DNA from: Nemertoderma westbladi
Taxonomy: Eukaryota > Animalia > Xenacoelomorpha
Reading direction: 5' to 3'
Length of the DNA: 35,102 nt
Assembly (NCBI GenBank): GCA_032718475.1
Contig: JAUCBJ010003963.1
Location: forward strand, 1-35,102
The translations under genes and the position numbers were made by a program. The notes below the pieces were generated by a model. It made no database searches. It saw only the letters and a program-made list of their open reading frames with translations, and was not told the DNA's origin. Positions 1 to 11,539 of the stretch are shown here, one piece after another (within the stretch, counting starts at the first letter, position 1; every line of letters begins with the position of its first letter).

Positions 1-2283
1 ATTTTTGGCGCAAGTTGAGAAGGTGCTGTAACAAGAATAGAAATGGGCCTGATAGCCCAAATTTGGACCAGTTTGAGAAATATTTTCGTGACTTGTCTTG
101 TGGCGAAGGTTCTTTCGAAGATATGGGTGGCAGTAGTGCATCCACTTTTAATGTTGAACTTAGTAAGGAATGTTTTGAAGTACATTTAGGTATCCACTTT
201 GAGGTGGACGTAGTAGCTGCTGCAATTTTGGCTTTAAAAAGGGGCAAAGCCCCAGGACAGGACCTGCTTATTAATGAATTTTTCATCGAAGGTGCCACTG
301 AGTTGACGCCGATAATTACATGCAATTTTAATGCGATATTTTACAAAGGATATTTCCCACAGGCCTGGGCCATTGGATTGTTAATGCCCTTGTATAAATC
401 GGAAAGGCAGCGCTGCGGAAGCCTCTAACTATCGTGGTATTACATTGCTAAGCACATTGGGTAAATTATTAACTTCGTTAATTAATAGGCGTTTATATTG
501 GTGGGTAGATTGTTTTGGTGCTATAACGGAGGCCCAGGCGGGTTTCCGACCTGGATATTCTACTGTAGACCATATAATTACGTTAAATTCCTTAATCGAG
601 CGAGCATTTTTTTATATGGTAATAACTCAAAACGTAGACTATTTTGTGCTTTTATTGATTTTCAAAAGGCGTTCGACAAAGTAGATAGAACAGCTCTTTG
701 GACTAAATTAATAAATTTAGGTTTTTAACTGTCATCAAGAGTCTTTATAGTAATATTAGGTCTAAGGTAATTTATAATGATGAGATATCAGCCGAATTTT
801 CGTGCTTATTAGGTGTATTACAAGGTGAAAGCCTCTCCCCTTTACTTTTTGCACTGTTTATCAATGATCTGGAATCCGAATTGAGATTAGGTGGGGTTAA
901 TGGTATTAGTTTCGGTTATATTAAATTATTTTTGCTGTTATACGCAGATGTCATTGTACTAATATCTGATTCTCAAGTTGGATTACAAGCCTCTTTAGAT
1001 ATACTTCATTCGTACTGTAGCTACTGGCATATGGATGTAAACCTTGCTAAATCAGAAATTGTTGTTTTCAGAACCCTACCTAATAGTTGCAAATGGGTAT
1101 TTGAAGTACAGGTATTTAATACGTGTACTTAGGGTTAACATTTAGCTGTAGCGCCATGTTTAATGCTGCCCAGTCACTACTAGCCGACAAGGCAAACAAA
1201 GCTTTCCTCTCACTGCGTCGTTATTTTATGCATTTCCCTAATCTTCCTTATTCTACGTGTCGTTTTTTATTTGATGCTTTAATTAAACCCATCATTCGGT
1301 GCTGTACTGTGCTGAAGTGTGGGGGTCACCCCCCTGCAGTAGAAGTGGAACGCACTCCAACTAAAAGTTTTTGAAAATTTTTCTTGGTGTAAAAATGTCT
1401 ACTCCAAATTTTGCAGTTTACGGCGAGACCGGTTCGTTTCCATTATCTATTGACAGAAAATAAGAATGATAAAATATTGGTTAAAGTACTGAATATGAAT
1501 AGCGATAGATTACCCGAAAGTTGCATAGGCATACACTGTTTTGTACAATGACCTGTCAATCAACAACCTAAACTAGTTAAAAATTGGGTGTCATATATTC
1601 GTGATATGTTATATACACCACTGCTCATAACCATGTGTGGGATCAGCAATCAGTTGATGTGCCGGCAAGACATTTTATTTCGAAAATCAAATTGCGGCTA
1701 CGGGACCAATACAGTACAAACAATTGTGGTGGGGTGAAATTGGTAATAGCTCGAAGGGTAACCTTTATTTTGTTTCACATTTTGGTGCAATACCGTACCT
1801 TGCCTTGATACATTACGTAATCACATAATACTGCGCAAACGCATCTCACAGATTCGGTGTTCTTCATCTCATCAGTTAGAAATTGAGCATGGTCGTTCGT
1901 ACAAGATAGAACCATGGCCTACTATATTTATAAATATAGTAGGCCATGATAGAACGCTCTAACCGATTTTGTCAAATGTGCAATAACGATAGTATAGAAG
2001 ATGAGTTTCATTTCCTTTTAGAATGCAGTGCTTAGCTTAGCAGTTGCTTAGTGTTGAGAGTAAAATATCTTAGAAATTACTTCTCAAGGTACCCCACCAA
2101 ATTAAAATTATCCAAATTTTATGCATGTTTATATAAAGACTCTGCTAAAAAAAATGGTGAATCTAGGCTTATCTATAATTTATGCTTTTTTGAGAAGAAA
2201 AGCTTTTTTGCTCTGCTGGGCCATTCTGTTATATTATAATCCGGTAATTGTATTTAATAATGAATAAATTCATATCTAGTCTA
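1..2283 (+). mobile_element. Decayed LINE (non-LTR retrotransposon ORF2: RT plus C-terminal Cys/His region), cut by the window edge; clade uncertain (RTE-X or CR1/L2 group)
   Basis: Frameshifted fragments carry RT motifs KAPGQD, NYRGITLLSTLGKL, QAGFRPGYSTVDHI, FIDFQKAFDKVDR, GVLQGESLSPLLF and LLYADV. C-terminal GETG, LEIEHGR and CQMC...IEDEFHFLLEC follow, with AATAAA near 2263. Many stops and frameshifts. Confidence 0.9.
1913..1948. mobile_element. 36-bp perfect palindromic mini-insertion with 7-bp target-site duplication (P/foldback-like micro-MITE)
   Basis: CATGGCCTACTATATTTA|TAAATATAGTAGGCCATG is flanked by ATAGAAC at 1906-1912 and 1949-1955. Removing it plus one TSD copy restores the LINE frame (GRSYKIERSNRFCQMC). 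Confidence 0.8.
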
Positions 2284-2427
2284 ATTTAAGTACTGTATAC
2301 TGGAATTGTGCAATTTTAAGTAGACCCTTAATTGGGTACAGTTAATTAATTAATTATACTACTTAAGGTTAAGAGTACATATTAAAAAAAATATATTAAA
2401 TTATTTTAGTTTTATTCGCCAAAGTAA

Positions 2428-2480
2428 GAGGCCATCCATAAGTGACGTCACGCTGTGGGGGGGGGGGGGGGTGGGGGGGG
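2428..2480. repeat. Solo terminus resembling a PIF/Harbinger-type MITE, followed by a poly-G tract
   Basis: TAA|GAGGCCATCCATAAGTGACGTCACGC followed by a ~23-nt G-run. No partner TIR found. Confidence 0.35.
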
Positions 2481-2653
2481 TAGCGTATACCGCCTATACC
2501 ACCCCATCTACCACGTGGTAGTTTGTAACAAAGCGGGGTTGGGTGTACGCAACGCAATGCAATACCGTAATATAACGTTGACGTTTATCGATATCATTAC
2601 CTTAAAACGTCATCACATTTACTGACCATCCGGTACTGCTGCTGCTGTTACAG

Positions 2654-2878
2654 GTGATATTTTTAACGGATAGCAAATCGTCTGGGCCTCTGAAGACCTT
2701 CGCTTTTCCGTATTATAAGATGGCGGGAGTTGAAATCAACCAGCCAATATTCGGCTCCAGTAACATTACTGGTAAGGTCAGGAACGAGTTACCCAACGAA
2801 TGTTTCCTCGGGGAACTCAAGTTCACTATGGCCTTCCCTGAAGGTGGTGGCTGCGAATTTGGAACCAAAATGATGAAG
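2654..2878 (+). CDS. WBP2: WW domain-binding protein 2-like, internal exon (GRAM/PH-like domain, C-terminal part)
   Basis: VIFLTDSKSSGPLKTFAFPYYKMAGVEINQPIFGSSNITGKV...KFTMAFPEGGGCEFGTKMMK matches WBP2 (VIFL...FMMPF..[20 protein letters not shown]...GGAIEFGQRML). Acceptor tacag|GTG and donor AAG|gtaggt, both phase 0. Upstream exons lie outside the window. Confidence 0.85.
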
Positions 2879-3968
2879 GTAGGTTGCTAAGTAACTAATA
2901 TCAACATGATGACGTGCAATTACATCATTTGTGGTGTGTTTGAATACCGATATATGGTTTTGTATATAGTTTACCTGGGAGAAATCCGTTATTTGAAGTG
3001 AAGGTAATAGTAAGGATATCAAATGCACCATGATAAATAAATGCACAGAACAAATATACTATACTGTACTACTATAAAGTCTGGGTAAAAATTCTATAGA
3101 CTGTATAATGAAGCAGACAAAAGAATCGTACTCCATTATAAATAAATCGATAGTAACTGATTTACTGTTACCAGGGAGATCATTCCACATACGCACGCAC
3201 CGCACACTGAATAATTTGTCTCTGATTAGTCGTGCTTTACTTTTTTTTAGTTTATCATTAATGATATGAACTCTTGGTTATTTCCGAAGGAACAAATCAT
3301 CAGATAGGTGAACTGCATAGATGAGAATCGACACCATTACAAAAACGCCGCCTATGCCGATATGTGTGGTACTGCAGTTATTCCCTAACCTAATAAACGA
3401 TTCGTTGGTGCTAGTGATGCAACGGGATCGGGATCCACAATTTTCGGGATTCGGGATCGAGATTGCAACTGTCGGGATCCCGATTTTTGGGATCGGGATT
3501 TTTAATTTTACTGATCCAAAACTTAAAATACCTATCTGCCCTGCCATCTTTATAGGACCAAAATAAACTTTCGAAAAATCTCACATACTCTAGATATGTA
3601 AAAATGTCCAATGACTTTTTTTTTCAAATGGTTTACAAACGTAGTTTATTCCCACGTACGTGAGGTTTCATTTCACATACATTTTTAATATAATTTCTGA
3701 AACATTTTTTAATATATCTACAGCGTCTGTCTGAATTGCTGTCGCATAAAACTGTATCATATTCAATAAAAAGCAACAAGTGTTTCTATTATTTATAATA
3801 TATATATATATTCATGTAAATATTTAATGAATTCAGATATAAAATTCAGAAATCAGTTATAAATCATGTAAATCAATATATCCGTCATCAATCAGTAGGG
3901 ATGTGAGTTTTCCGGAATTATATTTTTTCAAGGAAATTCTGGCTACGTGCCACAATGCGGCTATTATA

Positions 3969-4963
3969 GTCGAGTCAATCTAGCAAAAAACCCATAAGTA
4001 TTTCGCAATCAATCCGAACCACATATTTTGGATTCTATATTACCTTATTAATGACTAAAAAAGTCTATAAAATTTTATTTTGCGGATCATATGTTTATTC
4101 ATGGAAATTCTGCGTAAATTTGCATTTAAGAGAAGTCAAACAAAAGGAACAGTAAGGAAGAGAAAGTAGCAAATTGGTGATGTTCCAGAATAATTTAATT
4201 AATTTCACAATAAGCTGTGATTCAATGTGAAATTAGTAATATTTACACTGGCGTGTTACACATTAATTGCATATCTCGGTAACTAGAAGTCGCATCAAAT
4301 TATTTAATATATCAAAAACTTCACGTTATATTAAGGAAACCGTTGTAAAAAAAATCATACAATTCCACTGCAAGGAAATTTCATAATTTCCATTAAAATG
4401 TTGGTGGAGATTTTTCACATAATTCAATTGTGATTACTCTATTGATTTTAGGTGTAATTTATTTATTTGTTTTAGTTTGAAAACCACAATAGTTTATCAT
4501 ATAACGAATAATTTTTTTGAGGATAAGGGTTCTTGAGGTCGATAAATCCGATGGGCGAGGTTACACATCCACCCGTTTAGTAGAGAAGCTGTGTAAATAA
4601 GATCCTTATATTGTACCAGCAAAATTGGTATTAAAAATGGTTAAATAATTAGACAAATTTCCGTTGCTCTGGAAACTAAATTGGTAACTATATAGAAGTG
4701 CATACTTCAGTCAATCGATAGTCATTAGAGTAAAGTTTGTCTGTACCAAATTTGGAGAAAATCTCACCAATAGACCCCTTGTTGCTATGTAAAATCCATG
4801 TTGCTAAGGAAAGAAACAGGAAATTGAAGGTGATCCGCATAATATATTTTTATAGACTTTTTTGGGGGTATTAACAAGGTAATGTAGAATAAAAAAAATT
4901 TGGTTTGAATGAATTGCGAATTTGTTATGGGTTGACCCCCTTTTTCGGCTAGATTGACTCGCC
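3969..4963. mobile_element. MITE with ~120-130-bp imperfect TIRs, TA-flanked
   Basis: ta|GTCGAGTCAATCTAGC...CCCATAA...AAAAAGTCTATAAAA...TGCGGATCA is mirrored by TGATCCGCA...TTTTATAGACTTTTT...TTATGGG...GCTAGATTGACTCGCC|ta. Confidence 0.7.
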
Positions 4964-5373
4964 TACTAGTGAGTGGCCACTGAAAATTGCTGGTACCGGC
5001 AGGCTACTAGCTGTTGGTCGCGGCTCGTAGCTACCGGCTATTTGAAACACTCATCCCTGTTTACATAAAACACACAGCTATCTGAAATGGTTCCCTCGGT
5101 CCTCGCCTTTTAATATCTTGTTTTTGTATCTTTCAGTTAATTTCTACTCTTTAATTTTTTTATTGTGGATGGAACCCACACCCAGTTGTTCTAGAACAAA
5201 ATATATCCAGTTTCTAGAACAAATTTTTTTTAATAAAAAATAAACAGATAAAATGTTGTAGAACATTTAAAGCTAATAAATTAATATAGTTTGCTATTGC
5301 TAGTAATAATTAAAAAGTGAATATTATTTATTAAAATTTTGTATCACACACTACAGTACACTATAAAATATAT

Positions 5374-7418
5374 CGACGGCTTATATTCAAAATGTCCCAA
5401 ATGCCAAATTATACTTTCTTCAGAAAATGATTTTTTAATATTCTAATTCTCCTTATTGACCAATGATGTTGGTTGTTCGGTAAGCGTCTCATTGAAACGA
5501 TGCTGCCTGTATACACTAATGATTTAAACATCACCCCTTACGCTATTCAAATATTTGGCATTTGGGATTTTTTGAAAAAATCGTTTGTCATATGTATTTG
5601 GTTTATGTGATATTGTTTCAAAACATCCCAAGTGTTTATTAGTGTATTGTATTAATAACCATAATGGCAAAAAGTTACCAACAAACTGTGCCATACACAA
5701 AAGAAAACCGAAAGTATGGACCAAAATCAGTTCAACCTCCCTCAACCTTCAACTTCAGTTCTCAATCAAGCTCATCTTCGTCCTCAACTACCGCTACATC
5801 ATCTTCATCAGTCTCGTTCAGCTCATCGGGAACTGTCTCATCTGGCAACATTGCCTCGTATTCACTCCTAAACTCCGGTGGGATTACCTTGTTCTTACAC
5901 AAAGACATGAGATCATTGAACTTCGCAGTACTTATTGGAAGTTGATTGGGGTATGCGCAAGGTGGAAGATCGTACCTGTGCGGATGCCTTCCGCGGTATC
6001 GACGGGGTAGAACAATCTCGTAGACTGGTGCTGATAGTTCAAGTGTCGTCGTATAGTGCATCTCTACTGTTGACCGGTTTCCTGTAGCTGTCTTATGGAA
6101 CATTAGAACTCTAATTTTAGACCACTTCACTTTTCTCCCTTCGTTATTCCTTATTCTTTTGTTTAGAAAATCCTCCTGGATGAGTTTCCAGTCAAGAAAG
6201 TCCGCTGATTTCATCGGAATGACAGTGTATGGTTCATCAAACACTTTAGCATGCCGTATCACAGTGTTCCACTCCGATGGTGCCCAGACTTCCTTATTCT
6301 TTAAGTGAATTTCTATTCGAGCATGGATCGAATCCACTGGCATATTGGTATGGCCTGGAAGTAGGAATATCAGCCTGATGCGAGAAACGTTCGGAAGACG
6401 GATTAGTACTTGATTTATGGTGGCGATTATAATTCGATTCTTATTCTGTCCACTGGTGCTGTCACAGAAAAGGTCTATTTTTTTCACATTAGGGCACCTG
6501 ACATTCAGATCAATAAGACTCTTATGGAGCACAGAAGCCACCTCAATAGATCCCCGCTTCGCCGTGTTCTCTCCCCAGATATAGCAATATCCCTTTTTAG
6601 TTCCACTCTCAAAAACAGACTCATTATAGAAAGCAAACCGGCGGGAATCTCCGATAAGCATCGAGTTAGCGTGTGGTGTGTTAAGAACTTTCTGCAGATC
6701 ATAGCTCAAACACCGGTACTCATCTGTCTCACGTTCTTGGGCTCGTTTAAACACCTGGGCAATGTTTTTTGGCGGCTCTTATTCGAGCATTTGGAGGTCC
6801 CACCGTAGCATCAATGTCCCCATTAAAGGTCGATTCCTCGTCAGTACTAAACCTAAACTCTTCTTCCATTGGCCCACTCCCTCCGTCACTATCCTCGGCC
6901 ACAATAAAACCTCCGAACGACATTGTATTAGCTGATTCGTATTATCGTATAAGACTGGAAGACAGGTTGACTCGCGTATAGTAAGTTGTAACCAGTATTA
7001 TACCGGTACGACTACCGTATAATGAAATTATTGTACAGCCAGCATGTAATCTGAACTGCAGTATTGAATATTAAATTTCCCGCCAAATTATCTACTTAAA
7101 AGCTTGCGGAGCCGGTACACTATTACTACTAGAGCTGCTCGTTACAATTGGGATATTTAGATACATACATTTCTGAAATTATACATCGATAAAGTGAGAA
7201 CTTGGGAGGTTTCAGGGGAATTTGGGATATTTTGAAAAAACCGATTTTCGAAATTTGGCATTTGGGATATTATGTTTTTTGATATAACTTCTAAAATAAT
7301 TGGAATATTGCAAAACCGCTTTGAGTGACTACCTCACCATGATGAGTAGATTGTCATTCACTCATAAAATCATTTTCGACCAATTTGGCATTTGGGACAT
7401 TTCGAAAATAAGCCGTCG
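5374..7418 (-). mobile_element. Sola1 DNA transposon, internally deleted
   Basis: ~36-bp TIRs CGACGGCTTATATTCAAAATGTCCCAAATGCCAAATT and AATTTGGCATTTGGGACATTTCGAAAATAAGCCGTCG. 4-bp TSD ATAT (5370-5373, 7419-7422) fits the AWWT preference of Sola1. Contains a transposase ORF. Confidence 0.85.
5762..6923 (-). pseudogene. Sola1 DDD transposase with intact catalytic core; probable N-terminal deletion and frameshift near 6765
   Basis: Motifs YDLQKVLNTP, CYIWGENTAKRGSIEVAS, LFCDSTSGQNKN and FLLPGHTNMPVDSIHARIE (D-D-D triad). The ATG at 6923 opens an acidic leader (MSFGGFIVAEDSDGG...) that is out of frame with the 330-aa core. Confidence 0.85.
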
Positions 7419-7422
7419 ATAT

Positions 7423-7637
7423 AGCGTGGCACGTAGCGTGCAGCCACGGCGCTCTAACTTGGTTGAAGGCTATTTTCCTCGCGCAAATAGCTAGTAGCTT
7501 CGCGGCCAGTAGCTACTGGTTTTGCGGCAAGTAGCTACTGGCCGCAACCTAGTGGTCGCGGCTATTAGCTATTGGTGACGACCCAGTAGCTAATAGCTCG
7601 AAGCATCTAGCTATATTGCATCATGGAAACCGGGCTT
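7423..7637. repeat. Remnant of a repeat rich in (C/A)AGTAGCTA motifs; related pieces at ~3941-3966 and ~4966-5060
   Basis: Recurrent AGTAGCTACTGG and GGTCGCGGCT motifs. GCTACGTGCCAC at ~3942 is inverted at ~7426. Ends with ATGGAAACCGGGCT|TAA, a Harbinger-like terminus. Confidence 0.4.
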
Positions 7638-9223
7638 AAGCAGGAATCACTTGTTTCTAGTGTTTACTAGTTGTGTTTTCAGAATGTGTAGGACTATAAA
7701 CTGGTAAAATAGCAGGAGGTATTAAATTGTGAAAGATTTAAAATTGAAAATGTATTAATTTCCGAAATAGCGTTCATTATAAAACATCTAGTTAATAATG
7801 AAATTGACAAAACACAAAGTCAATCTTTTTTTTAGTTCAAGTCTTATTATTACTATTTTATGTAATTAATATGAGGATATTTTTGCAAATATTTAATATT
7901 AAAAGTAAACTTTATATAGTAAATTAATAAAATAGAAATTTTCGGAAAAATGTCTAGGAGATATCCTCACATTTCCTGACTCAAATCAACCATCTTATAC
8001 AATAACCCAATGAAAATCCACCAAATTGTTTGTTTTTGTTATTGACAAAAATTGTACATTTTTATACAAAATTTACAAATTTTAAGCTGCAGCGCATTTA
8101 AATTCAGTTTTAGAAAAACCCGATATTTTTCCATCGGGATCGGGATTTTCCATCGGGATCCCGTTGCAACACTAGTTGGTACCATTTGAAAGCTGACCGT
8201 GCAAGGATTCCGAATATAACTCAGAATTATGGGTGTTCAAAAGTTGCATGTGTTTGCTTCCCTAGCAGACCATTTATTTATATTAAATAAATACACCATA
8301 TTATTATGGAACATTTTGTTTTTGTATGAAAAGCTACTCAGTTATATTATCGGTTTGTTATTATTAAATCGAATAAATAACGTTAAGGTGAAATTATCTC
8401 TATTTTATTTAAATTACTTGAACTAAATATCAAAGAAACACTTTGTATCCTTTCCCTTAAATACAGTAACCAAACCACACAACTTACATTAATCACCAAC
8501 ATTGTTCGACTCATTTTGTACCATAAATCCCGTTTAATGTCCATTGCTGGCAGCTTTTGTTTAATGTTTTAAACTCTACTAACCAGCAAAACCGTGTAAC
8601 ATATGTGTTCACTTTCGTTTATTGTTTTGGTTCCCCCCAACCCGCCTCTTAACCAGCTCGAAACTTACCTGCCTAAAAACTACTATATAATCCGGGGAAG
8701 TTATAAGTGACATCGGTATAGTATCCTCTTATATAATTTAATCCTTTATTTTCTACATAAAATAATTACGAAATCTATAAAATAGTCCTTAAACGTCTAA
8801 ATCGGTGTAACAATATGCGACTCATATTATATATATTCATTAAAAATTATAATATTATACACTGTCAACACAGTAATGAAACACATTGTACATACTATAC
8901 ACAACCTACCTGAGTCGAACTCGAAATAGTATATAGTTAGTTTGGTAGTACCGGTATTCAATTCAATAGTCATATCATACTCATATGAGAAAAAAATTGC
9001 AAAGCAAAGTACGACAGAAATTATAAGATTAGTAATAATTGGGAACATCACTGTTTATGCGTCCTATACAGCTATATTGAACATATTACAAAAGTAACAG
9101 AGTTGCAACCAAATTCCACTCGAATTCATTTGTGACCTCAAAACAATAATCCGGTGATGTGCATATTAGTTAGTATAGCCCGCAAGCTATTAATCCAAAC
9201 AATAGTACAAATATAAACGTTAA

Positions 9224-9229
9224 TTTATT
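9224..9229 (-). terminator. Candidate polyadenylation signal (AATAAA) of MAD2
   Basis: TTTATT on + (AATAAA on -), ~100 nt after the MAD2 stop. Confidence 0.45.
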
Positions 9230-9328
9230 ATAATATGGCAAAATAGCTAGAAGTTATACAATATATATAAATGCCATATGTATGTATATTGCATAGGATC
9301 GACAACCCACGGTTAACATTTCGAGGTT

Positions 9329-9940
9329 TCAGTTAGGTTTCTTGTATGTCACCATTGTGTCAACCTTGTGTATTTGAGTGCTGAAACTTTTGAGCTTGAC
9401 GTCTTCTCCATTAATAACGAGACAAGGACCGGATTCCGTGAAAGTGTCGGGTTCTTGTAGATCCTTCGCGGCGTACATTAGTATATCGAACGTACAAGGA
9501 ACATTGAGTGTGGGAAGGAAGGTAACACAAGCTACTATCTGTCGTATGACGTCACGGACTCCACTCTGTACTTTCTTGGCGTCGTATTCAACGGAAGATG
9601 AATCGTCTACTGATTCATCGCATTGCAGCTCGAATTGCCAACGTTCTAGAATATCTGAGGACGCTGTGTCCTTGACGACCATAACAACTCGCCGTAACGA
9701 CTTCAACATCAGCCACTCTTTGATGTGGTCCAGGACCAATGTCAGATACTCGTTGACTTTATCGTCCGCCATTACCAGCATAAGTAGACCGTGGTAATAG
9801 TCGCGTTTAAACATATCGGCTGGGTAAACACCCCGCTGGTATAGAATGCTGTTTATACCGAAACCAAGAAATTCGGTAACCATTTGACAGGAACCCTTTA
9901 GAGTGATGGTTTGCTTCGTCGCGGCAGTAGTAGAAGACAT
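9329..9940 (-). CDS. MAD2L1: Mitotic spindle assembly checkpoint protein MAD2 (HORMA domain), CDS without introns, nested antisense in the WBP2 intron
   Basis: 203 aa with ITLKGS, FGINSILYQRGVYP, LERWQF, VIRQIVACVTFLP, ESGP and VKLKSFSTQIHKVDTMVTYK, colinear with human MAD2 over its full length. No stops or frameshifts. Confidence 0.97.
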   Translation of the reverse strand: MSSTTAATKQTITLKGSCQMVTEFLGFGINSILYQRGVYPADMFKRDYYHGLLMLVMADDKVNEYLTLVLDHIKEWLMLKSLRRVVMVVKDTASSDILERWQFELQCDESVDDSSSVEYDAKKVQSGVRDVIRQIVACVTFLPTLNVPCTFDILMYAAKDLQEPDTFTESGPCLVINGEDVKLKSFSTQIHKVDTMVTYKKPN

Positions 9941-10284
9941 TATTCAGTAGGCCTATTCCCTTATTGAACGAATAGTCAACTACGGATGGATAGACAATTG
10001 TGTACTGGTGTACTGATGACTGTGAGACTGAATAACCGGTTAGGAGGTCTGGGTACAACAGGGGTATAGCATGGCCTGGCAGCCTGGGTATAGACTCGGT
10101 TGTCAGGTATTGTGTGCAGGCATACAATACAGTACAGCAGTATGCAGTACCGGTACGCTGTACATGCAGTACCGGTACCGGTACGGAAGAGTGAAAAGGT
10201 GACTTCAACCCCCTGCTTTGTACCATCTGACCATGTACAGATTTACTGGTACCGTCTGACCGCAGCCATCATAGCCAGTGGAAA

Positions 10285-10479
10285 TTCAAATGAAAGAAGT
10301 AGAAATAATACATAAAAGCGTGGTAGATTACTCATGTCCTATATTTGCAGTCCGTGATTTTAGCGGTAAATTCAAATCTGTCGCTGTCGTGCCATTGAAC
10401 TATGAATGTAATAACGGTCGGTTACTGGCTTATTGTTTATGTTTATATCCCTACCACCGCTTTGACGTCATTGACGTCA
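10285..10479. promoter_or_regulatory. Putative cell-cycle promoter of MAD2 (CDE/CHR-like, MYB-like and tandem CRE sites)
   Basis: TAGCGG-TAAA-TTCAAA (10361-10376) has CDE-4nt-CHR spacing. Also a second TTCAAA at 10285-10290, TAACGG at 10412-10417, and TGACGTCA at 10463-10470 and 10472-10479. Confidence 0.45.
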
Positions 10480-10766
10480 TTAAACCGACGTAATTTTTAA
10501 TTTATTAGGTAGGCCTATATATTGGTAATTGGGTTGTAGAGTAGTTAATTTAAAAGGCCTATGTTGATTCTGATATTTTGATTATTTTTAGTTTGTTTGT
10601 CAGGCCGTTGACCTCTGGTAACTAAAATATTACGTTTATCTTTATATGCAAGGCATATAAAGTCTTATTCTGTATATCAAATTCTATATTTTTCAAACGG
10701 GCGGGATGGGGACTTTCCATTGGGGGGATCGCTCCATTTGCAACACTAATACAATAAATACATCAC

Positions 10767-11539
10767 CCTTACAGTAGCTCCTTACAGTAGCTCCTTACAG
10801 TAGCTCCTTACAGTAGCTCCTTACAGTAGCTCCTTACAGTAGCTCCTTACAGTAGCTCCTTACAGTAGCTCCTTACAGTAGCTCCTTACAGTAGCTCCTT
10901 ACAGTAGCTCCTTACAGTAGCTCCTTACAGTAGCTCCTTACAGTAGCTCCTTACAGTAGCTCCTTACAGTAGCTCCTTACAGTAGCTCCTTACAGTAGCT
11001 CCTTACAGTAGCTCCTTACAGTAGCTCCTTACAGTAGCTCCTTACAGTAGCTCCTTACAGTAGCTCCTTACAGTAGCTCCTTACAGTAGCTCCTTACAGT
11101 AGCTCCTTTACAGTAGCTCCTTTACAGTAGCTCCTTTACAGTAGCTCCTTACAGTAGCTCCTTATAGTAGCTCCTTACAGTAGCTCCTTACAGTAGCTCC
11201 TTACAGTAGCTCTTTACAGTAGCTCCTTACAGTAGCTCCTTACAGTAGCTCCTTACAGTAGCTCCTTACAGTAGCTCCTTACAGTAGCTCCTTACAGTAG
11301 CTCCTTACAGTAGCTCCTTACAGTAACTCCTTACAGTAGCTCCTTACAGTAGCTCCTTACAGTAGCTCCTTACAGTAGCTCCTTACAGTAGCTCCTTACA
11401 GTAGCTCCTTACAGTAGCTCCTTTACAGTAGCTCCTTACAGTAGCTCCTTTACAGTAGCTCCTTTACAGTAGCTCCTTTACAGTAGCTCCTTACAGTAGC
11501 TCCTTACAGTAGCTCCTTACAGTAGCTCCTTACAGTAGC
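10767..11539. repeat. 13-bp minisatellite (TTACAGTAGCTCC)n, block 1 (~59 units)
   Basis: Directly visible tandem array, with 14-bp TTTACAG variants. Confidence 0.99.

Larger units (their letters stand above)
3412..8174. mobile_element. Non-autonomous hAT-type DNA transposon shell containing nested insertions
   Basis: TIRs TAGTGATGCAACGGGATC and GATCCCGTTGCAACACTA, with subterminal CGGGAT repeats. 8-bp TSD GTTGGTGC (3404-3411) and GTTGGTAC (8175-8182), one mismatch. A degenerate right end of the same family occurs at ~10690-10748. Confidence 0.75.

Noticed and set aside
3896-5059. Additional hAT element (TAGGGATG ... CATCCCTG)
   Set aside because: Only a short terminal match and no 8-bp TSD.
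5186-5270. Heat-shock elements (TTCTAGAA), also at ~33650-33820
   Set aside because: Only two nGAAn units each; better explained as a dispersed AT-rich repeat shared by the two regions.
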